Origin: Verrucomicrobiota bacterium
GTDB lineage: Bacteria; Verrucomicrobiota; Verrucomicrobiia; Limisphaerales; VHCN01
Length of the DNA stretch: 64,000 nt
Direction: 5' to 3'
Assembly: GCA_016871675.1 (NCBI GenBank)
Contig: VHCN01000005.1
Coordinates: 384-64,383, forward strand
In this document: positions 48,502 through 56,361 of the stretch, piece after piece
Position numbering within the stretch: the first letter of the stretch is position 1
How the letters are laid out: each line of letters opens with the position of its first letter
Position numbers and translations under genes: made by a program
The notes under the pieces: generated by a model
Database searches by the model: none
What the model was told of the DNA's origin: nothing
What the model saw: only the letters and a program-made list of their open reading frames with translations

Positions 48502-49503
48502 TCACAACTTCATCAACTCTCCCGGGATCTGATCGGGCTTGAGTTTGTATCGGCTGGCAAGCGTCTGGCCGCGCTCGACGGCCCAGAATTCGTTGCCGAT
48601 CTTCACGATCACGCGGCTGTTTGAGAGGAGCGACTCGTTGCCCGGCATCGGCAACGGGCGATAATCCACCAGCACGATGCGGCCGCCCGCGAGCTGGTCG
48701 CCGGGCTGGAAGCGCAGCGTCTTCTGGTTCGACAGGTCGCGCACGTGGACCTCGGGCTTGCCCATCCACTCGGACAGCGACACGACGCGGAACGTCTCCG
48801 GTCCCGGCTCGGCGCCCGGCGGCCCGGCGGGTGTCGGCGACGGCGGCCCGGGCTCGGGCTTCGGCGGCGGCCGCTTCACATACGGCCGCAAAATGTCGCG
48901 CGTGACAAGCGCCGCATAGGCGCGCCGTTCGGGGCTTTCGGCGGTGAACTTGGATTCGAGATCCAGCGGCTGCGCCTCGGGTGCAGGTTCGAGCACGAGC
49001 GTGAGATAGCGGAAGCTCACGCGCACGCGCCCCGGCACGTCCGCCGCGGACACCACGAGGCTGTCGAGCCGGTGCAGCGGCGTGGACTTCTGGACCAGGA
49101 AGATGAGGTTTACGACCTGCGCCAGGCCGCCTTCGCCCCGGATGCTCCAGCCGATTTCCTGGGAGCCCCGAAGCTTGCGCGGGCCGACGGGAACGCGGCT
49201 GAAGTCCGCTTCGCGCAATCCGCTGTTGATGATGATGCGCGTGAGCATCTCGCCCGAGCGCGCGCTCGCGAGGTCGAGGTCGTCCGAAAAGCACCGCGCG
49301 GCGACACGCTTCATCGCATCCTCGGCGGTGAAATAATCGCGGCGCTCGGCATGAAGCTTCGCGAGCTTCTCGTGCACGCCGCCGATCCGGCCGTCGAGCG
49401 CGCGGAGCGGTTTGAGGAAAAACCCGCGCACGCCGGCGGTGACGGCAAATGCGCCGACGAGACCGACGACGGCGATGGCGAGTGTGCGTTCGCGCGCGTT
49501 CAC
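48502..49503 (-). CDS. Bitopic assembly-platform protein: GspM/PilO-like N-half, Pro-rich linker, PilP/GspC-like beta C-domain (tentative)
   Basis: N-terminal TM (TLAIAVVGLVGAFAVTAGV), a coiled segment (HEKLAKLHAERRDYF), an alpha/beta domain, a linker (KRPPPKPEPGPPSPTPAGPPGAEPGPE), then a beta-rich domain (FRVVSLSEWMGKPEVHVRDL...). GTG start overlaps the upstream stop (GTGA). Sits between the GspL-like gene and the secretin. Confidence 0.45.
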   Translation of the reverse strand: MNARERTLAIAVVGLVGAFAVTAGVRGFFLKPLRALDGRIGGVHEKLAKLHAERRDYFTAEDAMKRVAARCFSDDLDLASARSGEMLTRIIINSGLREADFSRVPVGPRKLRGSQEIGWSIRGEGGLAQVVNLIFLVQKSTPLHRLDSLVVSAADVPGRVRVSFRYLTLVLEPAPEAQPLDLESKFTAESPERRAYAALVTRDILRPYVKRPPPKPEPGPPSPTPAGPPGAEPGPETFRVVSLSEWMGKPEVHVRDLSNQKTLRFQPGDQLAGGRIVLVDYRPLPMPGNESLLSNSRVIVKIGNEFWAVERGQTLASRYKLKPDQIPGELMKL

Positions 49504-51119
49504 TTCGAGCCCCCCTTCTTCACTGCGTCGAGCGACGCGTCATCGGCGGGGCGCGCGGCCGGTTGCGCCTTCGTGAGGTCGAGCTTGAGCTTCTCGGGTG
49601 CGGTCAGCTCGACCGTGGAACGGAAGTTGTAGCCGAAACGGTCCGTGCCGGGCGTGATGGCGAGGGGCTTCACGTCGTAGCCGGCGGCGCGGAGCTGCTT
49701 GTCGAGGCGCGCGAGCATCTCGCCGGTGCGAGCCTGCACGGCGAGCCGGATGCTTCCGCCGCCGCCGACCGCGAGGGACGTCACGTAGAGATCCTCGCTG
49801 CGCGGCAGCACCGCGCTGAGCCACGCGTAGTGATCGAGCCAGTCGCGACCCTCGGCCTGCCACGCCTTCACGGTCGCCGCCTGTTGCGTCATGCGGCGGT
49901 AGATGGGGCGTTTCTTGTCCTCGGCGGCGAGTTCGAGCTGCGCTTCCTTCAAGTTGGCCTCGCGCTTCTGCACAAGCGACGACCGCACTGCGAACAGCAG
50001 GATGAACAGGGCCGCCGCGGCGGCGATGCCGCCGAGAACCTTCACGCGCCGCAGGTCGCGCCGGTCGGCCGGGCGCTTCGGGTCGATGAAGTCGAACGCC
50101 AATCCGCCGTCGTCCGTCGCGCCGAGCGCGAGGCCGATCGCCGCGGATGCGCCCGCCGCCGAGTCGCGCGCGGACGCGGGCAATCCGAGCTTCGCGAATT
50201 CAAGCGCGCCGCACGGAATGGCGAGCCGCGACGCGAGCAGCTTGATGACGGCGGTCTCGTGTCCCGTTGCGCCGGCGACGACGGTGCGCGCAACCGCGGT
50301 GCCGCCTGCCAGCCCGCCGAAATTGTGCAGGCTTCGCACGACTTCGATGGTTGCGGCCTCGGCGAAATCGCCCCCCGGCACGGCCGCCCCGCGGCTGAAC
50401 AGCACGCCGCGGCCGGTGACGACGTCAACACCCACTTCCCCGGCTCGAAGCGTGACGAGTGCAGCGGGTGCTTCCGCCGCCGAGCAGGCGGCAAGACATC
50501 GCGCCTCGGCGGAAGCGATCCATCCGAGCGCGGCGAGCTTGAGCCCGGCGGCGGTTGCCAGCGATTCGTGGAACTCGACGACGTCGCGCTTCACCGCAGC
50601 CGCGAGGATTTCGAGCTTCGGCGAGGGCGCCGGCGCTTCGAGGGCGGCTTTGGGATCGGAAGGTTTCACCGCGGGCGTGAACTGGCGGAGGACTTGGAAG
50701 TCGATCACCGCTTCGTCCATCCGGAACGGCAGCTCGCGCGCGAGTTGGAGGTGGACGATGGACGCGAGTTCGCTGACGTCCGCGACGACGGGGACGGCGA
50801 GCGTGCGCAGATACACTTGCGCCCGCGGCAAAGCGAAAACGACTGGGCCGGGACGGACCCTGAGCTTGTCGAGCGCGGCGGCAAGCGCGCGGCCGAGCGC
50901 GGCCGGGTCGGAGCGGTCGGTGCCTGCAGGCAGATCGAGCGGGCTCGTCGCGAGGTCGGTGATGGCGCCGCCGCCGGACTGCGCGACGCGAAGGAGCGGG
51001 CCGTCGAGATCGAGCGCGGTGGCCGCGCCAAGCCTGCGCGGGCGCTCGCGCCGGCCGAGTTTCGGGAACGGGATCACGTTGAATCTGGACGGTTCAGGCA
51101 TCGTGCCGGAGGTCACCAC
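49500..51119 (-). CDS. GspL-like protein (PilM-like cytoplasmic actin-fold domain + TM + PilN-like periplasmic domain)
   Basis: Cytoplasmic domain with the PilM/GspL pattern (ALDLDGPLLRVAQ...VVFALPRAQVYLRTLAVP...ELPFRMDEAVIDFQVL). TM (VLGGIAAAAALFILLFAV). Coiled coil plus a ferredoxin-like C-domain (LYVTSLAVGGGGSIRLAVQA). Start is GTG 51119 or ATG 51101. Confidence 0.6.
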   Translation of the reverse strand: MVTSGTMPEPSRFNVIPFPKLGRRERPRRLGAATALDLDGPLLRVAQSGGGAITDLATSPLDLPAGTDRSDPAALGRALAAALDKLRVRPGPVVFALPRAQVYLRTLAVPVVADVSELASIVHLQLARELPFRMDEAVIDFQVLRQFTPAVKPSDPKAALEAPAPSPKLEILAAAVKRDVVEFHESLATAAGLKLAALGWIASAEARCLAACSAAEAPAALVTLRAGEVGVDVVTGRGVLFSRGAAVPGGDFAEAATIEVVRSLHNFGGLAGGTAVARTVVAGATGHETAVIKLLASRLAIPCGALEFAKLGLPASARDSAAGASAAIGLALGATDDGGLAFDFIDPKRPADRRDLRRVKVLGGIAAAAALFILLFAVRSSLVQKREANLKEAQLELAAEDKKRPIYRRMTQQAATVKAWQAEGRDWLDHYAWLSAVLPRSEDLYVTSLAVGGGGSIRLAVQARTGEMLARLDKQLRAAGYDVKPLAITPGTDRFGYNFRSTVELTAPEKLKLDLTKAQPAARPADDASLDAVKKGGSK

Positions 51120-51128
51120 GGTGAATGG

Positions 51129-52541
51129 TCATATCTGAGGGCCGGGAGGCGTTGTGTGCAAGGACGCATTCCGCGGGGTTCGCGGCGCGGTCTTGAGGTC
51201 CGCCGAAGGCTCGCCGCCCGGTTCCAGCTTGAACGGCAGGCCGAGGCGTGTGACGTCGCGCAGGTAAAGCAGCGTGGGGTTGCCGCGGGCGGTGTCCACG
51301 ATCGCCTCGATCACCCGGTGGCGACCCGAGGGCACTCCGTAGCCGATGACGCGAAAGCTGAACTGAAATCCGCGCGAGGTAAGATACGGCGCGACGGCGC
51401 GGAACTTGTCCGCGTCGAGCACATGCTCCTGCACGAGCCATGCGAGGTTCTTCCGCCGGTCGGGAGACACGCTTTGTCGCGCGGACACGATGGCGTCGGC
51501 GAGCGCGTCGTCGAGGCCGGGCACGCACGCGAGCACGGCGCGGGATGCGGTGTTCACGTTGATGAGCCCCGCCAGCTCCGTGTCCGCAACCGTGGTGAAC
51601 AGGTCGAGCGCGAGCGGCAGCCCGTCGTTTGAGATGCCCGACGACAGCTCGACATCCACGCCGTTGGTGGTCCGCACCACTTGCTTCGCGTCGAGCAGGT
51701 CGCTCGCATAGGCAACCGGAATCTGGTTGCTCCGCAGCGCCGCCACATAGGCGAGCGTCGCGGCCGGCACGCCGTTCGTCGGAAAGTTCTCGGCGGGGTC
51801 GTTCAAGTTCCATCGCGGCGCGCCGTCGGTTCCGGTGTTCGGCTCGAACGATGAGACGGTGAGCAGCGGGCGGAGCGGCGAGGCGGGGCCGAAGTCCGCG
51901 GCGGGCGGGGCGTCGTCGGTGGCGGCGCTGCGATACGGATTCGCGGCTTCGCCGTAGAGCAGCGCGGGCGTGAAGCCGCGCACGAGCAGCAGTTCGTCCA
52001 CGGTGTCGAGCGGGCCGTTGCGGACGGCGTAGGGCTTCGCGAGCGTGTCGTAGTAAGGTTGCTCGGCGCCTTCGGGCAGCGGTGCGTCGTCGGCATCAAT
52101 GAAGTCGAGCAGCGCGTGCGAGAGCAGCGGCTTCATGCCGGGCAGTCGCGCAAGCATTTCCTCTGTCGCGTGGTTGAGGTTGAGCTTGCCCGCCTCGTCG
52201 GTGAGCCCGTAACGAAGCGTCATGCCGTCGTCGCCGGGCGAATAGACCGTGAAGTGCCAGCGGTCGGAACCGTCATCGAACACGAGGCGTTCGCGAAACA
52301 GGTCCGGCGAATCGAAGACGTCGGGATTCTCGGAACCGGTGGCCGCGACGCGCATCGCCTCGCGCACGCCGCTCATCGCCGCGGCCCAGGCCTGCTCCGC
52401 GCCGGAGCCAGCGGCGGTCGCGGTTTCTTCGGCCTTCATTCGAAACAGCAGGCTCATGGCGATCATCGCCGCCAGCATCACGACGATAAGAATCGCAATG
52501 AGGACGAATCCGCGCCTGCGGTTGGAGCAGTCGAAGTTCAT
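51129..52541 (-). CDS. gspK: Type II secretion minor pseudopilin GspK
   Basis: Prepilin-like N-terminus without Glu+5 (RRRGFVLIAILIVVMLAAM). Two helix-hairpin-helix-like segments (LNLNHATEEMLARLPGM; INVNTASRAVLACVPGLDDALADAIVSAR) are characteristic of GspK. Confidence 0.8.
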   Translation of the reverse strand: MNFDCSNRRRGFVLIAILIVVMLAAMIAMSLLFRMKAEETATAAGSGAEQAWAAAMSGVREAMRVAATGSENPDVFDSPDLFRERLVFDDGSDRWHFTVYSPGDDGMTLRYGLTDEAGKLNLNHATEEMLARLPGMKPLLSHALLDFIDADDAPLPEGAEQPYYDTLAKPYAVRNGPLDTVDELLLVRGFTPALLYGEAANPYRSAATDDAPPAADFGPASPLRPLLTVSSFEPNTGTDGAPRWNLNDPAENFPTNGVPAATLAYVAALRSNQIPVAYASDLLDAKQVVRTTNGVDVELSSGISNDGLPLALDLFTTVADTELAGLINVNTASRAVLACVPGLDDALADAIVSARQSVSPDRRKNLAWLVQEHVLDADKFRAVAPYLTSRGFQFSFRVIGYGVPSGRHRVIEAIVDTARGNPTLLYLRDVTRLGLPFKLEPGGEPSADLKTAPRTPRNASLHTTPPGPQI

Positions 52542-53311
52542 CGCGCGGGCTCCCTCCGATCAATTGTCGCGAAGGGCGTTGCGGCGGCTTCGGCCGGGCT
52601 GCCCGCGGGCAGGTGCACGACGCGTCGGAAGACTTCGTGCGGATATTCGTCGGGCGCGAGGTCGTCGGGCAGCGGGTCGAAGCCAAGCGAGATTTCCACC
52701 GCGACCGGCGGCGAAGGCTCCGCCCACACATCGAGCCACGCGCGGCCGTCCCAAAAGCGGAAGCGCACGAAGGAGAGATCCTCGGTAAGCACCGCCGGCG
52801 CGTTCGTTGGAGTCGCGTCATTAAAGCCTAGTGCATCCGACGCATTAGTGACGGCGCGGCGACCGACGAGCGCTTCCTCCTCGCGGCTGAGGCCGAACGT
52901 GACAATGCCGTCGCCGGCCGAGTAACGCAAGAGGCGCAGGTCGCTTTCCGGATTCGACACGCGCCCGAGGTCAGCAGGTGCCCACGCGGCACGGGAGGGC
53001 ACATCGGTGCGGACAAATTCGAGCATCGCCGGGTCGCCATAAAGCGGCAGCGTGGCGGAGGAACTCGCGGGCACGGTGCGCAACTCGCTCGTGAGCCGGT
53101 CCATCACGAGCCGCACGGCCGCAACGCGCTCGGTTTCGCGGATCACCTGCTCGCGAAGCTCGGCGGACTGCCGGTAGAAGTAGAGCACGACGAGCAGCAA
53201 GCCGGTCGCGATGGCGACAGCGAGGATGATTTCGAGTAGCGTGAACGCGGAACTGAAGCGGGCGCGATGCGCGCCAATTCCAACCGATGCGATTGCACTA
53301 CGGGCGCTCAT
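52538..53311 (-). CDS. gspJ: Minor pseudopilin, GspJ-like
   Basis: Prepilin N-terminus SSAFTLLEIILAVAIATGLLLVV. Size and position (between the I-like gene and gspK) fit GspJ. ATG at 53311 overlaps the upstream stop; its own stop overlaps the gspK start. Confidence 0.6.
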   Translation of the reverse strand: MSARSAIASVGIGAHRARFSSAFTLLEIILAVAIATGLLLVVLYFYRQSAELREQVIRETERVAAVRLVMDRLTSELRTVPASSSATLPLYGDPAMLEFVRTDVPSRAAWAPADLGRVSNPESDLRLLRYSAGDGIVTFGLSREEEALVGRRAVTNASDALGFNDATPTNAPAVLTEDLSFVRFRFWDGRAWLDVWAEPSPPVAVEISLGFDPLPDDLAPDEYPHEVFRRVVHLPAGSPAEAAATPFATIDRREPAR

Positions 53312-53775
53312 CGGGGTTGCCCTTCCCGCAGATTCGCCACTTCGCCGAGATCGAGCACTTGCGCGAGCCGATGCACAAGCGCGGATTCCGAGTGGCGGAT
53401 GACGACTTCGACGTTGGAGAAGCTCGCCGCGCCGGGCGCGGACTCGAGTCGGGTGGATGTGACCTGCCACGTCCAGTTGGTGAAAGGCGCGGGGAACGGC
53501 TCGGGCCCCGGCTGCTCAACCAAGCGCACGCCCATCTGCAATTCGGACATCACCGTCACCGCAAGGTCGGCCGCGTGGGCTTGCAGGCGGAGGCGCGCGG
53601 CGCTGTTCACCGAGGCGTTGAGCCCGCCGCCGATGATGACCGCGGCGGCGGCGAAGAGGACGAGGGCGAGGACGACTTCGAGAAGAACACCCGCGCGAAG
53701 GTGCTGCGGCTGCGCGGGCACAGCACGGCGGGAATTCCGCGCGCGCCATGAATGATGACGGGTGAGCATTCGCAT
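53308..53775 (-). CDS. gspI: Minor pseudopilin, GspI-like, with a degenerate prepilin motif
   Basis: LRAGVLLEVVLALVLFAAAAVII: a hydrophobic helix with Glu, but with G-V-L-L-E instead of G-F-T-L-x-E. About 150 aa. Position matches gspI. Confidence 0.5.
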   Translation of the reverse strand: MRMLTRHHSWRARNSRRAVPAQPQHLRAGVLLEVVLALVLFAAAAVIIGGGLNASVNSAARLRLQAHAADLAVTVMSELQMGVRLVEQPGPEPFPAPFTNWTWQVTSTRLESAPGAASFSNVEVVIRHSESALVHRLAQVLDLGEVANLREGQPR

Positions 53776-53829
53776 CGGACCGCCGGTGATTCCCCTGGTC
53801 CGGCCGCCGAACGCCGACTACCGACCGGG

Positions 53830-54477
53830 CTACTCCGCCTTCGACTGGGCGGATTCGGCCTCAGTCAGCACCAGGCGCCGTGTGGCGCCGGTGATGCCGG
53901 TGAGCTTGAGCGAGACGCGACGCGAATCCTCCGTGTCGCGGGACGTGAGGATGATCTCGGCCGAGTCGCTGGAGCCGTCAGGATAAAATGTGATCTGTGC
54001 CGCAACCGGGCCGGGCGCGCTGTCGGATGACTCCTCTGGCGACGGCGCAGCGGGCGGGCCTGCCGCGGCAGGATTCGCAGCACCTTGAAGCTCGACGGTC
54101 ACGACGTTGACGAGTTCGTTGACACTCTCGGAATCTTCGCGGGTCTGGCCGACTTCGACGAACGTGGATCCCGAGGTCGCGGTGTCGGACTGGACTTGCA
54201 CCCTCACGTGCGTGCCCGAGGGCGAGCCGTCATCGGATGATTCCGGTGAAAAAACCACACGAACCACCTTGCCCGAGTTTGCCGCGTGGGCCCGCGCGAA
54301 CCGGATCAGCGACTCCAGGCGCATCGCGCCTTCGTCGAGTTGCGCGCCGCGCTGGAGGCTGTTGAAGCAAAACACCACGGCGCCGGAGAGGCCGAGCACG
54401 AGCGCGGCGGCGAGGAGCAGTTCGAGGAGCGTCGCGCCCCGGTGTCCGCGTGTCGTGTGGTGTCGGGTGAAAACCAT
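53830..54477 (-). CDS. gspH: Minor pseudopilin, GspH-like
   Basis: Prepilin N-terminus HRGATLLELLLAAALVLGLSGAVVF (G/A-T-L-L-E). About 215 aa. Directly downstream of gspG. Confidence 0.6.
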   Translation of the reverse strand: MVFTRHHTTRGHRGATLLELLLAAALVLGLSGAVVFCFNSLQRGAQLDEGAMRLESLIRFARAHAANSGKVVRVVFSPESSDDGSPSGTHVRVQVQSDTATSGSTFVEVGQTREDSESVNELVNVVTVELQGAANPAAAGPPAAPSPEESSDSAPGPVAAQITFYPDGSSDSAEIILTSRDTEDSRRVSLKLTGITGATRRLVLTEAESAQSKAE

Positions 54478-54486
54478 GCAGTCGGG

Positions 54487-54990
54487 CTATGGATTTGCGG
54501 AGGCCGCGCCTGCGGGCGACGCGCCGTGGACGATGTCGTCGTCGGTGTCGGGCTGGCCGTCGGGACCAACCGAGGAAAGTTTGTAGGGAAGTGCGGAGGC
54601 CTTGCCGTCACCGGCGGCGGCGTCCGCGAGTTGATAGCGGAGCTTGTTGCCCCACGGGTCGTCGAGCGTGGTGCCGGGCTTGAGATACGGACCCTGCCAC
54701 TTTTCGCCCAGGCGCTCGTTCTCGAACGTGGGCTTGGTCGAGAGCGCCTCAAGCCCGCCCTCCTGCTCGCTCGGATAGTGGCCGATGTTGAGGCGATAGG
54801 TGTCGAGCGCCGTGGCGACCTGACTGAGGAGAATCTTGGTCGTGTTTTTCTCCGCGCCCTTCTGCTGCGGCAGGACGAAAACGACCACCGCGCCCGCGAG
54901 CAGCAGGATGATGACGATGACGAGAAGGATTTCGAGCAACGTGAATCCCGCGGCACGCGTCGCGCGCAAGTGAAGCGGACTGGTTTTCAT
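54487..54990 (-). CDS. gspG: Type II secretion major pseudopilin GspG
   Basis: AAGFTLLEILLVIVIILLLAGAVV, then the GspG signature (ALDTYRLNIGHYPS...GLEAL...WQGPYLK...DPWGNKLRY...SVGPDGQPDTDDDIV). ATG at 54990. Confidence 0.9.
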   Translation of the reverse strand: MKTSPLHLRATRAAGFTLLEILLVIVIILLLAGAVVVFVLPQQKGAEKNTTKILLSQVATALDTYRLNIGHYPSEQEGGLEALSTKPTFENERLGEKWQGPYLKPGTTLDDPWGNKLRYQLADAAAGDGKASALPYKLSSVGPDGQPDTDDDIVHGASPAGAASANP

Positions 54991-55151
54991 GTTCGCGTTG
55001 ATTTTGTCACACGGCCGGGCGCCGGATTCCGTGACACTTTTGGATAAGTGAGACGTGCAAACATTGGGCAGCTTCAAACATTTTCCAAGTCCTTATTCGG
55101 GATTTTTGCGTTGTCCGCGCCCGCATCTGGCGGTGGATACGAAGCCCGGCT
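54991..55151 (-). promoter_or_regulatory. AT-richer 161-nt spacer between gspF and gspG, with a stem-loop just upstream of the gspG start
   Basis: The only sizeable gap in the operon. It contains A/T runs (AAACATTTTCCAAGTCCTTATTCGGGATTTTTGCG) and the inverted repeat TGTCACACGG-N14-CCGTGACA (55005-55036), 15 nt from the gspG ATG. No convincing promoter hexamers identified. Confidence 0.35.
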
Positions 55152-56357
55152 TCAATTCCGGCCGAGCGAACTCGCGAGCGTGAAGATCGGCAGCAGCAGC
55201 CCAAGCGCGAGGAAACCGATCGCCGCGGCCACCACGCAGAGGATGAGCGGCTCGACCAGGCGGACGGCTTGATCCACCTGACGGTCGGTGCGCCGCTCGA
55301 CGGTGTCGGCAATCTGGATGAGCACCTGGTCGAGTTTGTTGGACTCCTCCGCGACGGAAATCATCGCGACAATTTGCTCGGGAATCAGTCCGCCGGCCGC
55401 GAGCGGCGCGGAGAGGCTCTTGCCATCGCGGACGCTGTCCGCGGCGGCGGCGATTTGCGCGGCGAGCAGCGGCGAGCCGGTGGCGTCCTTGCTGATCTTG
55501 AGCGCGGTCAGCATCGGCACGCCGTTCGCGAGCATGGTGCCGAGGATGCGGCAGAAGCGCGTGACCGCGACCATGCGCAGCGCTGTGCCGACGACGGGCA
55601 GCCGCAGCCGCCACCGTTCGAGCCGCAGGCGGTTCGTCTCGTTTTGCATCGCGGACCACAGCGCGCCGCCCGCGCCCGCGAGCACGAGCGGCAGCACGAA
55701 CCAGTAATGCCGGAGCACCTTGCTCGCGCCGAAGAGAATCTCGGTGGGCAGCGGCTTCTTCGCGCCGGCGAGCAGAGGCTCGAACCTGGGCACGAAGAAC
55801 AGCAGCGCGCCGATCATCACTGCCGTGCCGAGCACCGTCAGCAGCGCGGGATAAATCAGCGCGCCGACCACGCGGCTGCGCAGTTCGTCGAGCCGCTCGA
55901 TGAAGTGGGACAGGCTGCGCAGCACCTGCTCGAGGAATGCCGCGCGCTCGCCGGCCTGGACCATCGCGGTGTGCAGCAGCGGGAAGACTTCCGGAAACTG
56001 GCGCAGCGCGTCGGTGAACGTCTTGCCGTCCGCGACGGCCACGCGGACTTCCTTGAGCACGGCCTTGAGCTTGGGATTCACCGTGGATTTCACCATCGAG
56101 TCGAGCGCGCGGAGCATCGGCACGCCTGAACCGATGAGGTCGGCAAGCTGGCCATACATGATGCCGACATCGCGCGAGCGGACGCGCAGTCGCGCGCGGG
56201 TCGAGGCATCCGCCGCGCCCGCGGTGCCCGCGACGGTGACCGGAAACAACCGCTTCTCCTCAAGCAGCCGCAGCACCGCGCCCTCCGTCTCGGCCTCGAG
56301 AAAGCCCGTGACGCGTTCGCCGCCTTCGGTGACTGCCGTGTATTGGAACCTGGTCAT
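55152..56357 (-). CDS. gspF: Type II secretion inner-membrane platform protein GspF
   Basis: Two GspF/PilC repeats with three TM helices (FTDALRQFPEVFPLLHTAMVQAGERAAFL; LSAPLAAGGLIPEQIVAMISVAEESNKLDQVL). 401 aa. Confidence 0.92.
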   Translation of the reverse strand: MTRFQYTAVTEGGERVTGFLEAETEGAVLRLLEEKRLFPVTVAGTAGAADASTRARLRVRSRDVGIMYGQLADLIGSGVPMLRALDSMVKSTVNPKLKAVLKEVRVAVADGKTFTDALRQFPEVFPLLHTAMVQAGERAAFLEQVLRSLSHFIERLDELRSRVVGALIYPALLTVLGTAVMIGALLFFVPRFEPLLAGAKKPLPTEILFGASKVLRHYWFVLPLVLAGAGGALWSAMQNETNRLRLERWRLRLPVVGTALRMVAVTRFCRILGTMLANGVPMLTALKISKDATGSPLLAAQIAAAADSVRDGKSLSAPLAAGGLIPEQIVAMISVAEESNKLDQVLIQIADTVERRTDRQVDQAVRLVEPLILCVVAAAIGFLALGLLLPIFTLASSLGRN

Positions 56358-56361
56358 CGCG

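Noticed and set aside
55056-55071. Sigma-54-like element (minus strand CTGCCCAATGTTTGCA) in the gspF-gspG spacer.
   Set aside because: The -12 TTGCA is present, but the -24 GG is replaced (TGC instead of TGG). A second candidate (TGGAAAATGTTTGAAG) has the wrong spacing. Too weak to call.
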